Counted from the first letter of the stretch, positions 45,170 to 57,391 are shown. The stretch: 64,000 nt of DNA from Methanobacteriota archaeon (GCA_963787255.1 CAWBCJ010000029.1:704001-768000), one strand, 5' to 3'. Program-made: numbers and translations. Notes: generated by a model not told the origin, from the letters alone.

Positions 45170-46225
45170 TCATGCCAATTTTCTTCTTAGTAAGGGTAGA
45201 ACTTCAGTTAAAAGAGCTTCTGCATCTTCTTTATCTATAACACGCCTTGCAACAACTTTTCCATTCCTAAAAACAGTAACATTTCTCCCTCTGGTCTCTA
45301 GCATTGCAATTCCCATTTCCTCTGAACATTTAGGGGATCCTAATTTTTCCAGTTTCGAGCATGTTTTTTTGATATCTATTTCATAGGGAAGCTCTGTTTC
45401 AAACATAATCTTATTCTCTTCATCTTTACATGGCTTGTAAACTACAAGATCCTTTTTTTCTTCACCATACTCCCCTATATCCAGAGTGACTCTTTTAAAG
45501 CCGACAGCTTTAAGTTCTGAGCTAATATGGCGCAAAATGCCCATATTAAGAAGTTTGGCTATATTTCCAACTTCAATTCTTGCAATGTCTGAATAGTCGC
45601 GAACCCTCACTGGACCTTCACCAACGGTATTTTTAATTAAGGATTCGGCATAATTTATTCTGTTTATCTTTTTTGGGGTAATTTCGCTATTTGTAGATAT
45701 TCTGGTTGCAAAACATGTTGTAGATGTTGAATAATCTATATTAAGTGTTTTAAGAGTCTCCCTAACTTCAGCTTCAGTAAAGCCAGCATATACAAGGGGA
45801 CTTACAATGTTTTTTTCATAATTAACCATTATTCCCGGCCTATCTTCCAGTAAATCGCTTATATTGGTACCATCAATAACCATTTCAAATCCTCTCTCCA
45901 TTGCAACATCCTGAAGTTTACTGTACATCTTATTTTTACAGATAAAGCATCTTTGTGGAGGGTTAGATTTAAAAGATTCATCTTTAAGGAAATCTTCTTT
46001 TATAACTTCGTGAGAAATTCCGATTTCTCCTGCAATATGTTTAGCGTTGCTGATACAGTCGGGAGGTAAAACTCCGTTATCAACAGTTACTGCAAGAGCA
46101 TTTTTAGTGGAGTCTTTCGCTATTTTTGCTACAAGTGCGCTGTCAGCACCGCCTGAAAATGCTACTAAAACTTCTTTATCCTTAAGATATTCTTTTACTT
46201 TTCCAATTTTCTGCTGAAGGTCCAT
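45170..46225 (-). CDS. LarE-like ATP-dependent sulfur transferase with C-terminal extension
   Basis: AFSGGADS PP-loop, RCFICK, DGTN..D..DRPG, CFATRI, VRVR, ARIEV, GFKRVTLD. Confidence 0.8.
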   Translation of the reverse strand: MDLQQKIGKVKEYLKDKEVLVAFSGGADSALVAKIAKDSTKNALAVTVDNGVLPPDCISNAKHIAGEIGISHEVIKEDFLKDESFKSNPPQRCFICKNKMYSKLQDVAMERGFEMVIDGTNISDLLEDRPGIMVNYEKNIVSPLVYAGFTEAEVRETLKTLNIDYSTSTTCFATRISTNSEITPKKINRINYAESLIKNTVGEGPVRVRDYSDIARIEVGNIAKLLNMGILRHISSELKAVGFKRVTLDIGEYGEEKKDLVVYKPCKDEENKIMFETELPYEIDIKKTCSKLEKLGSPKCSEEMGIAMLETRGRNVTVFRNGKVVARRVIDKEDAEALLTEVLPLLRRKLA

Positions 46226-46342
46226 AAACTCATCCTTTAAGCTTGTTTCAATGATATTTAATTTATAATAAGTCTGTTATTCTATCATATTTAAAAAAAA
46301 AATTTCCCAATGTATCTTCTTAAAGTTCAATACTTCATTTTT

Positions 46343-46990
46343 TTAATCAATTAATTTTTTAATATATTTTATTACATTCTCTGCATCCTGTCTTTTTATA
46401 TCTATGCCCTCTTCAATTAAAAAGTTTTCAATAACTGCTATTTTTGCCGGATGAATTTGAACTGTATTTAAAAGTAGTGTATAGGTTCTTTTTGGATAAA
46501 AAATGGCTTTTGCAGTTTTAATTAAAGTATTAAAATCTTCTTCAGATATCAAACCTTTATCTAATGCTTTTTTGAAGTTATATTCCATACTTACAAGTGA
46601 ATCTGAAAGTTGTTCCATGGTCATTGGATTAATAACCACAGCTACATCGTCATCTGATTCAATAAGTCCGTTTTTATACTGGTTGTAAACATAACCAACA
46701 CCAACCATCCCAAAATCGTCAAGTTCAGATGCTCGAAGCGCACCCATACTAGCGCCACCAACGACAGTTACGCCTTTTTTAAGTGCATCAAGTATTTCAC
46801 GGTGGGAAACAGCAGGTTGCTGATGGAAAACGCCATCTATAATTCCTATTACATCTGGATTTTCATTTAAAACAGCTGAAATATCTCCTCTTTGTATGGG
46901 GGGTCTATAATCTGCATTTAATATTGTAGAGGCCTCTTCATGGCTTAATGAAGGTCCAAGAAATATTATTACATTTTTTTGTCCTTTCAA
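46343..46990 (-). CDS. tfuA: TfuA protein (partner of YcaO in McrA thioamidation)
   Basis: FLGPSL, PP..RGD, IIDGVF, V.HREI, GASMGALRASEL, SDDDVA. Confidence 0.9.
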   Translation of the reverse strand: MKGQKNVIIFLGPSLSHEEASTILNADYRPPIQRGDISAVLNENPDVIGIIDGVFHQQPAVSHREILDALKKGVTVVGGASMGALRASELDDFGMVGVGYVYNQYKNGLIESDDDVAVVINPMTMEQLSDSLVSMEYNFKKALDKGLISEEDFNTLIKTAKAIFYPKRTYTLLLNTVQIHPAKIAVIENFLIEEGIDIKRQDAENVIKYIKKLID

Positions 46991-47108
46991 TTTAATCTCC
47001 AGACTAAGTTTAGATATTATTATAACTCAATTAGGTTAAAAAATTTTCTTAAAATAAAAAATAAGTCAGAGAATTAACAAAAAATAGTTATAAAAACAAT
47101 TCAAGCTA

Positions 47109-47603
47109 CTAATAACCTGTAATCTCATGATGAAGTTTAATTAGCCTTTTGATTGATAGGTGGTTTTCTCCAAGCCAATCTTTCCACTTTTTAATCACAA
47201 AATCAAGCTCCACTTCATCATTCCAGTGAACGAGATTATCGGCGTGAGCAACAATTTTTTCTTCTAAAGTAAGAGGTATATAATCTTTTGGGGGTAAACC
47301 AAGTAATTTAGCCTCTTCTTTTGGAATACCGGCACCTATATGTCTAAGTGCTATTTTAGTTACTTCATCTGAAAAACCAAGCTCTTTCAGCATCCCTGCC
47401 CCGATTATGGCATGGTCTATGCCATTTGTCCGGCATCTACCGATATCATGCAGCATCGCACCTGTTTTTACAAGTTCAATGTCAACAGCGTCAAAATTAG
47501 TGGATAGTTTAACTGCTTTTTTGCAAACAGCTACGCTATGTTCAATTAAATGAAAAGGGCAGTTCAAACTTTTTAAAATTTCAATGGTCAATGAAGCCCT
47601 CAA
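47109..47603 (-). CDS. HD-domain protein (TIGR00295-like)
   Basis: [32 protein letters not shown]. Confidence 0.85.
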   Translation of the reverse strand: MRASLTIEILKSLNCPFHLIEHSVAVCKKAVKLSTNFDAVDIELVKTGAMLHDIGRCRTNGIDHAIIGAGMLKELGFSDEVTKIALRHIGAGIPKEEAKLLGLPPKDYIPLTLEEKIVAHADNLVHWNDEVELDFVIKKWKDWLGENHLSIKRLIKLHHEITGY

Positions 47604-47627
47604 TATAGAATTTAAAAATAAAAAAAA

Positions 47628-48176
47628 TTAGTTGTTCATTTGGTCCTTTAATTCATCTTTAATTGATGAATTATCTTGGTATTCGAGAGGACTATCACAT
47701 TCTGGACACATAAAGTTTAGCTCTGAAGCTTCTTCGAAGTTGTATCTGCATCCGTTTAAACAGCTAAAGAACATATTTTCCTCTTCATAGGCTAATGATT
47801 CTTCTATTTCTTTAGAATTTTGTTTATAGTTTTCGGATATTGTTTCTATGACTTTTTCTGTATCAAATTTCCAGCTGTAGGTGTACCACTGGGTTTCAGG
47901 GTCTTTACTTCTTTTGTAACTTGCAATTCCTGCATCGTAGAGCTTATAAAGAATTCTTCTTACGATATTTAATCTTAATTCAATTTTCTCAGAAATTTCC
48001 TCGTCAGTAAGTTTGCCTTCTAAAAGGCAGTTAATAATAGAAATGCTGTTTTCAGTATCCTTGGTTATTCCATGAATAAACTCTTGAACAAGAGGCTCTT
48101 GAAGCATTTCAATTCCTTCTTTGGATATGGAAGATTTAATTAATTCTTGAGTTACAGAACCGTTAACATTAAGCAT
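47628..48176 (-). CDS. tfe: Transcription factor E (TFIIE-alpha homolog)
   Basis: [20 protein letters not shown], Zn ribbon FSCLNGC..F.CPEC. Confidence 0.92.
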   Translation of the reverse strand: MLNVNGSVTQELIKSSISKEGIEMLQEPLVQEFIHGITKDTENSISIINCLLEGKLTDEEISEKIELRLNIVRRILYKLYDAGIASYKRSKDPETQWYTYSWKFDTEKVIETISENYKQNSKEIEESLAYEEENMFFSCLNGCRYNFEEASELNFMCPECDSPLEYQDNSSIKDELKDQMNN

Positions 48177-48455
48177 TTTTTTCCTCCTATTTTTGGACTT
48201 AATTCAATACTCTTCTAAATTATTTAAATAAATGTAATAATGAATTTAATGATAGATCGCTGTCAAATAACCATTATTTAACGTGTGTAGTTGAAAAGCA
48301 CTGATATGAAAGAGTTCAAATTCCAAATTTTTATCAAGTATATCAAAGTGACACATCTTGATGCTACTATGTATTATTGGTTTCCTACTATTTAATTATT
48401 TGTATCGATCAATATTGATCACGGCGAGCAATGATGCTCAAAGCCATAATAATTT

Positions 48456-49295
48456 TTAGAGCTTTCTTATAATAACAGCGGGCGTATGTTCAATGGAACT
48501 TAACATTTCAACCGTCACACCGTCAATTTCACCTTTGAAGATATTTTTCATTTCATAAACAGTTGCCATGCTGTGATCATTTTCCATTTGGTAATCATCG
48601 GCAATTTTAGCGATTTTCATAATAGTATCAATATTACAATTTTTAGAAATCCCTAAGGGAGTAGGACCTTTAATTTTACCAAATCTCCCTAATAAATAAC
48701 CAAAAAATCCAAAATTAGCTTTAATTCCGCTTGCAGCTATGGGAAGGGAGGTAAATAATTTTCCTAAAAATTCATATGTGACGTCAGTATCAATTACTAT
48801 CACAACAACCTCTTTTCCAACATTATTAGATATTTTCCCAGCAATATCAAAGGCAATTACATCAGGTTTATCTGGTAAAAGGGAAACATAGGTTCCTGGA
48901 GCATTACTCAGGTCAATTCCCGCCTCAGAAGCCGGTTTTAAAGCGTGTTTTAAACCATAATATTTTAATACTACTTCCTTATGAGATCTGGCTTCAACAG
49001 GTAAATTTCTTAAGTTTTTAATAGTTCTCTTTTTGATGCCTAAAATAGGCCCCAAAAAATAGCCCCAAATGTATTTTGACCAGATATCTGCAAGAAAAAT
49101 AGAAAGAAGAGAAGGTTTAAATAAGGCCTCATCAACTAGCCTGCCCTGTGAAATGGCTATTGGTGTTTCAGAAATTACAAGAAAGTCCCCATCCTCCAGT
49201 AAATCCTTTGAATTCTCTATTATTATGTCATAGGATTCATTTGGTTTGATGTAACCTGTTTTTATAGGTATTATCTCATATTCTTTATTTTTCAT
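48456..49295 (-). CDS. F420-0:gamma-glutamyl ligase (CofE)-like family protein
   Basis: VISET..AISQGR, AGIDLSN.PG, VIVIDTD, TPAVIIR. Confidence 0.65.
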   Translation of the reverse strand: MKNKEYEIIPIKTGYIKPNESYDIIIENSKDLLEDGDFLVISETPIAISQGRLVDEALFKPSLLSIFLADIWSKYIWGYFLGPILGIKKRTIKNLRNLPVEARSHKEVVLKYYGLKHALKPASEAGIDLSNAPGTYVSLLPDKPDVIAFDIAGKISNNVGKEVVVIVIDTDVTYEFLGKLFTSLPIAASGIKANFGFFGYLLGRFGKIKGPTPLGISKNCNIDTIMKIAKIADDYQMENDHSMATVYEMKNIFKGEIDGVTVEMLSSIEHTPAVIIRKL

Positions 49296-49415
49296 GTTTA
49301 TACATCTGTTAAATAATTTAAAATGAAATCTAAATAGAAAAACTCTACAGGAATTTTTTATATATTTAAAACTAATTAATTTAATGTATTATTAATTTTC
49401 ATAGGAGATGAAAGA

Positions 49416-50102
49416 ATGAAAAAATCAGATAATTTAACACCGCTTCCTTCTAATGAATATGATTCAAATATAACTAATACAATTCCCTATTACAACCGTT
49501 TTCACGAAGAAACAATTAATCTGATAAAGTCAATGGATATTGGGCCTGAAATATGGTTAGATACTGGCTGTGGAACCGGCACGTTTGTAGAAAAGGCAAT
49601 CCAACAATTTGAAAATACTAATTTTATACTTGCTGATCCGTCAGATGGCATGTTAGATGAAGCATGGAAAAAACTGGCCAAATACGGCCATGAAAGAGCA
49701 AAATTTTTAAAACCGATGCCTAGTTACGACATATCTCTTTCCAGGGAGGTAGATATAATCACTGCAATTTTATCCCACCATTACATGACAAAAGAAGAAA
49801 GAGTTAATGCTACAAAATCGTGCTACGATCTTTTGAAGAAAAATGGAGTTTATGTGGCATTTGAAAATATCAGTCCATTTACTGAAAAAGGGATAGAAAT
49901 AGGTAAAAAATACTGGCAAGACTTCCAGATTTTAAAAGGAAAGAATGAAAAAGAAGTAGAAAACCATATAAACCGTTTTAACACAGGATATTTCCCAATT
50001 AATGTTGAAGAACATCTTGCACTGTTTAGAAAATGTGGTTTTGAAGTAGTTGAACTATTCTGGTACTCCTACATGCAGGCTGGCTTTTACTGTATCAAAT
50101 AA
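49416..50102 (+). CDS. Class I SAM-dependent methyltransferase
   Basis: WLDTGCGTG, ADPS..ML, SHHY. Confidence 0.85.
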   Translation: MKKSDNLTPLPSNEYDSNITNTIPYYNRFHEETINLIKSMDIGPEIWLDTGCGTGTFVEKAIQQFENTNFILADPSDGMLDEAWKKLAKYGHERAKFLKPMPSYDISLSREVDIITAILSHHYMTKEERVNATKSCYDLLKKNGVYVAFENISPFTEKGIEIGKKYWQDFQILKGKNEKEVENHINRFNTGYFPINVEEHLALFRKCGFEVVELFWYSYMQAGFYCIK

Positions 50103-50122
50103 AATAAATAAATTTGAAGGAT

Positions 50123-50815
50123 TTATCTTTCCCCTTTGATTGGGGGAGCCCACACTTTAGAATCAATTCCTTCTATAATTGCTCTGTTACCTATAAGCTG
50201 GACAACCACCCCTGAATGAACCTTCTGCATCATGCAGTGGCCTGGAAGAAATCTAACGGTTTCACCAACTGCAGGGAGCTTTCCTTCAATAATTCCCTCA
50301 AATCCACCAACCATGCACACTCCAATATCCTTAAAATCAAATTCAGTTGCTTCATCAAGCCTATGGCAAGGCCCTACGATATGAACAACAATCAATCCAT
50401 GATTTTCTTCAAGTATTTCTGCAAAATGGATAATTGGACATCCAAGAGGTCTGTACCTTATTATATCGCCGAATTTTAGCTCTTCTCTTGTAAATGGAAA
50501 TAATGTTTCTCTACAGGAATGTTCTTCAGGAAGGGAGTTTAAAATAAAATCTGCCTCGTATTTATCTAAAAGTCCAACTATTTTTTCTTCTTCAGGAATT
50601 ATATTCTCTTCTTTTAATAAAGCCTCTAAATTGGCCATATTTTCTTTAAATATTTCTTGAAGCATGAATCTGCACTCTACAAGATTTGTTTTTTTTTCGA
50701 GAACTGCCCTGCCAAATTCATCACATCGGGCATAGCCGCATACGCCACAATTATACCCTGGAAGTAATTTTGAAACTCTTTCTCTTTGATCATAAGTGCT
50801 GGACTTAGCTGCCAT
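50123..50815 (-). CDS. Fe-S-binding protein (N-terminal FeS domain)
   Basis: [16 protein letters not shown] motif; further conserved-looking GCP, GPC, HCMMQ. Confidence 0.8.
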   Translation of the reverse strand: MAAKSSTYDQRERVSKLLPGYNCGVCGYARCDEFGRAVLEKKTNLVECRFMLQEIFKENMANLEALLKEENIIPEEEKIVGLLDKYEADFILNSLPEEHSCRETLFPFTREELKFGDIIRYRPLGCPIIHFAEILEENHGLIVVHIVGPCHRLDEATEFDFKDIGVCMVGGFEGIIEGKLPAVGETVRFLPGHCMMQKVHSGVVVQLIGNRAIIEGIDSKVWAPPIKGER

Positions 50816-50830
50816 TGTTAATTACCTCTA

Positions 50831-51532
50831 TTATTCCCCTTCATATTTTTGGAAACCGTCAATCTGTCTTAATATCCCGCGGTGGTACTTTTTATTTACC
50901 TTTGTTTCACCAACACATAGCGTACAAACAGCAAGGGGAGCAGAATGCCTTAATTTTTCTTCATCAAGTCCAACTTCCTTGGCTTTAATCATTTCTTCAG
51001 CAAGCTCTACACAGCCTTGTCCACTTAATCCATTAGCTTCTATCACTTTACAGTTAGGATTAACTTCTAAAACTCTTTCACGGAATATTTCACGCTCTGC
51101 TTGGGATATCATGTCTCCTTTGGTGATAACTGCCACATCTGCAGTGCTTAGAAAAGGTCCAACCTTTAGTGGTGTATTCGGGCCGCTGGTTGCATCTATC
51201 ACACATACTCCCAGGCTGTTCATGGTGTAAGGCGCACACCTGTGACAGAGCCCTGCTGTTTCCATAATTAAAAAATCAGACTCATTTTCTAAAGCCCAAC
51301 TTATCATATCCTCTATATTATAAATTGCGTAATGATCGGGGCACATGTCCATGGAAAGCCCTACTTTGGTGGGAACGCCAATTTTCTCAAACTTTTTATC
51401 GTCGTCGGTGTATAAACAGTCAACTTTGACTACCGATGATTTTAAATTCCTTTCATTGAGACTTTTAAGTGCGTGTATTAAAACTGCAGTTTTCCCTGAA
51501 CCTGGGGTTCCAGCAACTATTATCATTTTCAT
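50831..51532 (-). CDS. HypB/UreG-like (G3E) GTP-binding protein
   Basis: [26 protein letters not shown]-terminal CTLC. Confidence 0.82.
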   Translation of the reverse strand: MKMIIVAGTPGSGKTAVLIHALKSLNERNLKSSVVKVDCLYTDDDKKFEKIGVPTKVGLSMDMCPDHYAIYNIEDMISWALENESDFLIMETAGLCHRCAPYTMNSLGVCVIDATSGPNTPLKVGPFLSTADVAVITKGDMISQAEREIFRERVLEVNPNCKVIEANGLSGQGCVELAEEMIKAKEVGLDEEKLRHSAPLAVCTLCVGETKVNKKYHRGILRQIDGFQKYEGE

Positions 51533-51669
51533 GCAATCAACTCACGGTTTTTAATTAAATTTCAAGCTCAATTTCCTTAATAAATCTTAAATCAATCATT
51601 TTACAAATGAAATTGAATTATAGGTTATTATGTGTTTAAAAATAAATAAATTTATGTAGAAAAACCAGA

Positions 51670-52440
51670 TTAAATCTCAATATTTTCTACGTCCTCTAAA
51701 ACTTCCCCATTCCTTACTCTATCCCTTAAATTGAGCATTAACTCATCAATTTTGTTTAATTTTCTTGACATGAGTTTTTCTTTTTCGCTGGTGATTAAGA
51801 CATTTCGCATGCCTCCATTTTTCATGACAATTCTTTTATCGGTCATAAGGGCGAGTACGGGGTCATGTGTTACAACCATTACTATTTTCCCATGCCCTGC
51901 AAGCGCTTTTAGAGCATCATGCTTTCTTATACCTGCGTTTTCGATTTCATCAATAAGAACAATTGGAGAATTACTTATAATTGCCACGTCAGCTACCATT
52001 AGCGCTCTGGACTGTCCGCCGCTTAATATTGTGAGGTCGTGATCTTTTTTTATTGGCTCGCCGGTTAGAGTGTTTGCAAGGTCAACTACGGCATTAACAC
52101 ATTTGTTGCTTGCACCGCGGCATTTTGCATGGAGATTTAAAAAATCCCCCACGCTCATATCTGCTAAAAAATTCATGTTTTGAGAAAGCTGCGCAACCAT
52201 TTTCTTTCTGGGATTAGTCCGGTCATCGTAACTTGGTTCTTTGCCGTCTACAAGGATTTTTCTCCTTGAAAAGGTGTCTTCCTGTGCGAGTTGTTCAATA
52301 TCCGCTATAAGTGAGCTTTTACCACTTCCTGTAGGACCTACAACTCCGAAAATTTCTCCTTTTTTGACTATAACTTTCTCAACAGGTTCTTTGTCCCCTT
52401 GTTTGTCGTAACCGCCGAGAATGGTTATTTCTTCTATCAT
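51670..52440 (-). CDS. Orphan ABC-type ATPase
   Basis: [22 protein letters not shown]; no adjacent permease. Confidence 0.85.
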   Translation of the reverse strand: MIEEITILGGYDKQGDKEPVEKVIVKKGEIFGVVGPTGSGKSSLIADIEQLAQEDTFSRRKILVDGKEPSYDDRTNPRKKMVAQLSQNMNFLADMSVGDFLNLHAKCRGASNKCVNAVVDLANTLTGEPIKKDHDLTILSGGQSRALMVADVAIISNSPIVLIDEIENAGIRKHDALKALAGHGKIVMVVTHDPVLALMTDKRIVMKNGGMRNVLITSEKEKLMSRKLNKIDELMLNLRDRVRNGEVLEDVENIEI

Positions 52441-53213
52441 TAAAGGTCCACCTTTCCTAAAGTGTCTCCCCTAAGCCCTCGTCTCATTGTTTCAAGGGCA
52501 GTTACCTCTTCTGGAGCTATATTACCCAAATTAACATTTGCTCCAAATTTTAAAATTAAATACATCTGCTGATTTTTGAGAGGTGCTTCCCAAATCAGTT
52601 TTTTCCCATCTATTTTTGCGAGCGCTTCAAGTTCATCTTCTTTGACGTTTCCAGCACCATCATAAATACCAATATCTTTTCCGCCTTCGCGTGCTTCAAT
52701 TAGCACTCTGTCCGCTCCAGCATCTATGTCCAAATTAATCAGATCTACACGATCTTCTATATCCAGTTTACCATCTTCAAATGGATCTTTTTTTCCAACT
52801 TCTGAAATAACTAAAAATCCCTGTTCTTTTGCTTTGGAAATGGAAGCTATTCTATCTTCAGGAGATATATTTATAGAGCCATCTGATATTTCAACAGCTT
52901 TAAATCCTAATTTATCAGCTTCATTTAAGAATTCATCGAATTTATTTTTTAAATATGCAAGTTCAAAAAGTGTTCCGCCAGGATATGGGATCACATCATA
53001 GGACAAATACATTTCTGTTTTGTTTTTTATAAGATCTCTGTCATGAAGTGCGGAAGTACCCCATCCAAATTTAGCAAGATCAATAAATTCACCAGATACT
53101 TCCATTAAGTCGTTCACGGCATTTAAACCCATTCCTTTATCTAACATCATTGTTATTCCATTTTTACGAGGTTTAGAAATTCTATCTGGTGCAATAAAGT
53201 TAAATGCTTTCAT
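52440..53213 (-). CDS. comA: Phosphosulfolactate synthase (coenzyme M biosynthesis)
   Basis: [62 protein letters not shown]. Confidence 0.93.
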   Translation of the reverse strand: MKAFNFIAPDRISKPRKNGITMMLDKGMGLNAVNDLMEVSGEFIDLAKFGWGTSALHDRDLIKNKTEMYLSYDVIPYPGGTLFELAYLKNKFDEFLNEADKLGFKAVEISDGSINISPEDRIASISKAKEQGFLVISEVGKKDPFEDGKLDIEDRVDLINLDIDAGADRVLIEAREGGKDIGIYDGAGNVKEDELEALAKIDGKKLIWEAPLKNQQMYLILKFGANVNLGNIAPEEVTALETMRRGLRGDTLGKVDL

Positions 53214-53303
53214 CTGGCCACCTTTTTATAAATCAATGTTTTAAAATAAATTTAATTTCATGCTTAAACTTGCATATAGTCTTTAATTTATTGTTTTGCC
53301 ATT

Positions 53304-53323
53304 TATATAAAATTTGTTATATA
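53304..53323. promoter_or_regulatory. Degenerate operator copy TATA-TAAAATTTGTTA-TATA between comA and the divergent gene
   Basis: One arm mismatch to TAAC-N4-GTTA; overlaps TATA-like sequence. Confidence 0.4.
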
Positions 53324-53383
53324 TCTTAGAATATATATTAAAACGGATAATTAAATCCACCTAAAAATTTATCTGGTGATTAA

Positions 53384-53947
53384 ATGGAAAAAACCATTAG
53401 CTATTTTGAAAATAAAGGCGCAGAAAATACGGATAAAGTTATAGAGCTTGTAAAGAAAAGAAGAGAAGAATTAGGTGTAAAAACCATATTGGTTGCATCT
53501 GTATCTGGAAAAACTGCTTTAAAATTGCGTGAAGCAATGGAAGATGTTAACCTAGTTAGTATAACTCACCATGCAGGGTTTAAAGAGAAAGGAAAGCTTG
53601 AAATAGTTCCAGAATACGTACAAAAACTTAATGATAATGATATAACGTTATATGCAGGATCTCATGCACTTAGCGGTGTAGGTAGAGGAATTTCCAATAA
53701 ATTTGGAGGAGTAACACCTGTTGAAATAATAGCTGCAACTCTCCGTCTATTTGGTCAGGGAGTTAAAGTTTGTGTCGAGATATCTATCATGGCGGCAGAT
53801 GCGGGGTTAATTCCAGTAGATGAAGAAATAATTGCTGTTGGGGGAACCGCGTGGGGTGCAGACGCTGCAGTGGTCTTAAAAGCGGCTAATATGAATAATT
53901 TCTTTGACCTTCAAATTAAAGAAATTATTGCAATGCCTCGGCAATAA
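53384..53947 (+). CDS. Pyruvate-kinase C-terminal-like alpha/beta protein (MTH1675-like)
   Basis: YF...[42 protein letters not shown]. Confidence 0.8.
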   Translation: MEKTISYFENKGAENTDKVIELVKKRREELGVKTILVASVSGKTALKLREAMEDVNLVSITHHAGFKEKGKLEIVPEYVQKLNDNDITLYAGSHALSGVGRGISNKFGGVTPVEIIAATLRLFGQGVKVCVEISIMAADAGLIPVDEEIIAVGGTAWGADAAVVLKAANMNNFFDLQIKEIIAMPRQ

Positions 53948-54167
53948 AGTCAAAAAATTCATTATGACCTAAATGGGCAATATAATCAAAGACTATTAAT
54001 GCAACACAAACTAAAGCAAGATCAAACAAAATTTTGTTGAGATATCATGATAAAACCAAAAAATTGTTTGCAAGATTGCGAATTATCACTAAAATAATCG
54101 CTGGTTTTAAATATAAGTTAATACAATACCACAAATAAATTTAACAACATTGGCTGTGGGGGTAGTA

Positions 54168-55319
54168 ATGAAATCTCTTATAAATAATACACTAAAAGAA
54201 TCGGAAGTTAGAAGAGAAAAAAGGCCAGCTGACATCCAAAATAGCATCGACGTTTCAGACGTTAACAGCGATCTCAAAGATATCATAGAACAGAGCCGGG
54301 CAAAAATATTCGTTGTTGGAACTGGAGGGGCCGGAAATAACACAGTTTCAAGACTTATGGAAATAGGAATCGAAGGCGCAGATACCATTGCAATAAATAC
54401 TGATGCACAGGATCTTTTCTACTCAAATTCCCATCAGAAGATACTTATAGGAAAAGCAACATGTGGAGGATTAGGCGCAGGTGGAATGCCTGAGATAGGC
54501 GAAGAATGCGCTGAAGAAAGTGAAGAAGCAATAAAAGAAAGGTTAGACGGGGCCGACATGGTTTTTGTAACCTGTGGACTTGGAGGAGGTACCGGAACAG
54601 GTTCCGCTCCTGTAATTGCAAAATTAGCCAAAAAAATTGGAGCATTAACAATTGCAGTATCTACAATGCCTTTCAGTGCTGAAGGACTTAGAAGAAGAGA
54701 AAATGCTGAAAAAGGGCTTGAAAAGCTCCAGAATGCGGCAGATACAGTTATTGTAATACCTAACGATAAATTACTTGAAGTTGCACCTAATTTACCTATA
54801 AATAAAGCTTTCATGGTAACAGACGAACTTCTGGGAAGGGCTGTTAAAGGAATAACTGAACTCATAACTAAACCCGGACTTGTCAGTCTTGACTTTGCAG
54901 ACATAAGAAGCATAATGAAAGGCTCTGGAATGGCAATGATTGGTATGGGCGAATCTGAATCTGGAGACAGGGCAATAGAATCCGTTCACGAGGCTTTAAA
55001 CAGTCCATTACTTGATCTGGACATTTCTAATGCTAAGGGTGCACTGATAAACATATCAGGAAGTTCAGACATGACCCTGCACGAAGCCGAAAAAATCGTT
55101 CAGATTGTTGCTGACGAACTTGATCCAGATGCAAACATAATCTGGGGTACACAAATTCAGGAAGACCTTCAAAATGTCATACGTACAACTATCGTAGTTG
55201 CAGGCGTGAAATCTCCTCACATATTTGGCGTACCAGCAGAACGTGAGTTTATTGAAGAGGAAAAAGAGAATACAGTTCCTGAATCAGCTTTAGAAGAGTT
55301 TATAGACGGTGTTTTCTAA
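54168..55319 (+). CDS. ftsZ: Cell division protein FtsZ
   Basis: [29 protein letters not shown]. Confidence 0.97.
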   Translation: MKSLINNTLKESEVRREKRPADIQNSIDVSDVNSDLKDIIEQSRAKIFVVGTGGAGNNTVSRLMEIGIEGADTIAINTDAQDLFYSNSHQKILIGKATCGGLGAGGMPEIGEECAEESEEAIKERLDGADMVFVTCGLGGGTGTGSAPVIAKLAKKIGALTIAVSTMPFSAEGLRRRENAEKGLEKLQNAADTVIVIPNDKLLEVAPNLPINKAFMVTDELLGRAVKGITELITKPGLVSLDFADIRSIMKGSGMAMIGMGESESGDRAIESVHEALNSPLLDLDISNAKGALINISGSSDMTLHEAEKIVQIVADELDPDANIIWGTQIQEDLQNVIRTTIVVAGVKSPHIFGVPAEREFIEEEKENTVPESALEEFIDGVF

Positions 55320-55511
55320 TTAAATATTAATTATGAGAAACACCACTGATTTTCTCTAACTTGCTTAGTTTTAGTTATCTATAAAAAATGAAAAGGTTTA
55401 TAAATTCATAAATAAAATAAACTATTATCATTTATATAGAATAATTAGTAAATATATTATTCTCAAATAATTTAATAACTTATTCTTTAATGAATTTAAG
55501 TAGGTATTTTT

Positions 55512-55697
55512 ATGAATTTGAATAAGGAAACTACCTCCCAGTTTATAAGACAGTGCAGGAGAGTTCTGCACGTATCTAAAAAGCCAGATAGAGAAGAATT
55601 TATAAATGTAGCAAAAATAACGGGAATTGGAATTATTATAATAGGCGTTATAGGCTTTATAATAAGTCTAATTGCTCAACTGTTAGGTATGGTATAA
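55512..55697 (+). CDS. secE: Protein translocase SecE/Sec61-gamma
   Basis: RRVL..SKKPDREEF + single TM helix; conserved position. Confidence 0.92.
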   Translation: MNLNKETTSQFIRQCRRVLHVSKKPDREEFINVAKITGIGIIIIGVIGFIISLIAQLLGMV

Positions 55698-55742
55698 TTT
55701 TCATTAATTTACTGCTTTATAGCCCGTTAGGTAAGTGATAAT

Positions 55743-56186
55743 TTGATATATGCATTAAGAACCCTTGTAGGACAGGAAAAAAACGTTGCAAGATTGCTTT
55801 CAAGAAATGTCAAAAACAGTGATATTGAAGTTACTTCAATACTTGTTCCAGACAATTTAAGAGGTTACATTTTAGTTGAATCTTCATCTAAAATTGACAT
55901 GCAAGATCCTGCTTTTAAAGTTCCAAATCTAAGGGGATCAGTGGAAGGTGAAATAACCTTCGAAGAGATTAAAAGCTTTTTAAATCCAGAGCCTATTATA
56001 GCTTCTGTTAAAAAAGGAAGTATTATAGAGCTTATATCTGGTCCTTTTAAAGGTGAAAGGGCTAAAGTAGTTAGAATAGATGAATCCAAGGAAGAAGTAG
56101 TTTTAGAGCTAATCGAAGCTGCAATTCCGATCCCAGTTACGGTCAAAGGTGACCAAATAAGATTAATTCAGAAGGAGGCAGATTAA
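55743..56186 (+). CDS. spt5: Transcription elongation factor Spt5/NusG
   Basis: GQEKNVA, GYILVE, KOW GPFKGE.A.V. Confidence 0.93.
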   Translation: MIYALRTLVGQEKNVARLLSRNVKNSDIEVTSILVPDNLRGYILVESSSKIDMQDPAFKVPNLRGSVEGEITFEEIKSFLNPEPIIASVKKGSIIELISGPFKGERAKVVRIDESKEEVVLELIEAAIPIPVTVKGDQIRLIQKEAD

Positions 56187-56665
56187 TGGCTAAAGAGACA
56201 GTGGAGATTCTCATTGAAGGCGGAAAAGCAACACCAGGACCACCATTAGGCCCTGCAATTGGACCGCTTGGTATTAACATGATGCAAGTTGTAGAGCAAA
56301 TAAACAGCAAAACTTCAGATTTTGCAGGTATTAAAGTTCCAGTAAAAGTCATCGTAGATGTGGGGACAAAAGAATTTGAAGTTGAAGTAGGTACACCTCC
56401 AACAACTGCACTTATATTAGATGAACTAAATATTGAAAAAGGTTCTCAAGATCCTGGACTAGACAAAGTTGCTGATCTATCCATAGAGCAGACACTTAAA
56501 ATCGCCAGGATGAAATTCGATTCACTACTTTCAAACGATTATAAAATGGCTGCTAAAGAAGTTATTGGAACATGCGTGAGCATGGGCTTAACTGTAGATG
56601 GCAAAGACCCTAAAATCGTGCAGAAAGAAATTAGTGAAGGCGTATACGACGAACAATTACAATAA
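56186..56665 (+). CDS. rpl11: 50S ribosomal protein L11
   Basis: [23 protein letters not shown]. Confidence 0.97.
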   Translation: MAKETVEILIEGGKATPGPPLGPAIGPLGINMMQVVEQINSKTSDFAGIKVPVKVIVDVGTKEFEVEVGTPPTTALILDELNIEKGSQDPGLDKVADLSIEQTLKIARMKFDSLLSNDYKMAAKEVIGTCVSMGLTVDGKDPKIVQKEISEGVYDEQLQ

Positions 56666-56752
56666 AATTTTATAAATAAATTAAAATCAATCCATTTGAT
56701 CAAAAATCAATTATTGTGAACTTTTAACCAAAAAAGTTCATGGAGGAATTTG

Positions 56753-57391
56753 ATGAATCAAGAGATATTGGAAGCAGTGAAGAAGGCGAAAGAGGAATCC
56801 AAGCCGAGAAACTTCACACAGTCTATAGATGTTGTTATAAACATCAAAGATTTAGACGTGAAAAAGCCAGAGAACAGAATAGATGAAGAAGTCTTCCTTC
56901 CAAATGGACGTGGTAAAGGCATAAAAATTGCCTTTATAGCAGATGGTGAACTGGGAATTCAGGCAAAAAATGCCGGTGCAGATCTTGTAATAACCAAAGA
57001 GAATTTAGAAGACTTTGGAAAAGACAGGAAAGCAGCCAAAAAAATGGCTAACGAATACACATTTTTCGTTGCACAGGCAGATATGATGCCGCAAGTAGGT
57101 AGATTTTTAGGACCCGTTCTTGGACCTAGAAAAAAGATGCCAAAACCAGTTCCAGCATCCGTAAAACCAGATCCTATAATGGAAAGACTCAACAATACAG
57201 TAAAAGTAAGAATAAAGGATCAGCCAGTTATCCAGGCAATTGTTGGTTCCCAGGATATGGAGGACGAGCAAATTGCAGATAATGTTGAAGCTGTGCTTGG
57301 AATATTGGACAGAAAACTGGAGAAAGGAAGAAACCAGATAAAATCCATGTACATTAAAACTACCATGGGTCCAGTAGCGAGGGTGATTTAA
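56753..57391 (+). CDS. rpl1: 50S ribosomal protein L1
   Basis: [24 protein letters not shown]. Confidence 0.97.
   Translation: MNQEILEAVKKAKEESKPRNFTQSIDVVINIKDLDVKKPENRIDEEVFLPNGRGKGIKIAFIADGELGIQAKNAGADLVITKENLEDFGKDRKAAKKMANEYTFFVAQADMMPQVGRFLGPVLGPRKKMPKPVPASVKPDPIMERLNNTVKVRIKDQPVIQAIVGSQDMEDEQIADNVEAVLGILDRKLEKGRNQIKSMYIKTTMGPVARVI
56777..56817 (+). promoter_or_regulatory. L1 autoregulatory mRNA binding site within the rpl1 coding sequence
   Basis: GTGAAG-aa-GGC..GCC-gagaaa-CTTCAC two-helix structure ~25 nt after the start codon, resembling the Methanococcales L1 mRNA target. Confidence 0.7.

Noticed and set aside
47023-47090. Two TAAC-N8-GTTA sequences upstream of tfuA
   Set aside because: Spacer is 8 rather than 4 and the context is very AT-rich; not counted as operator copies.
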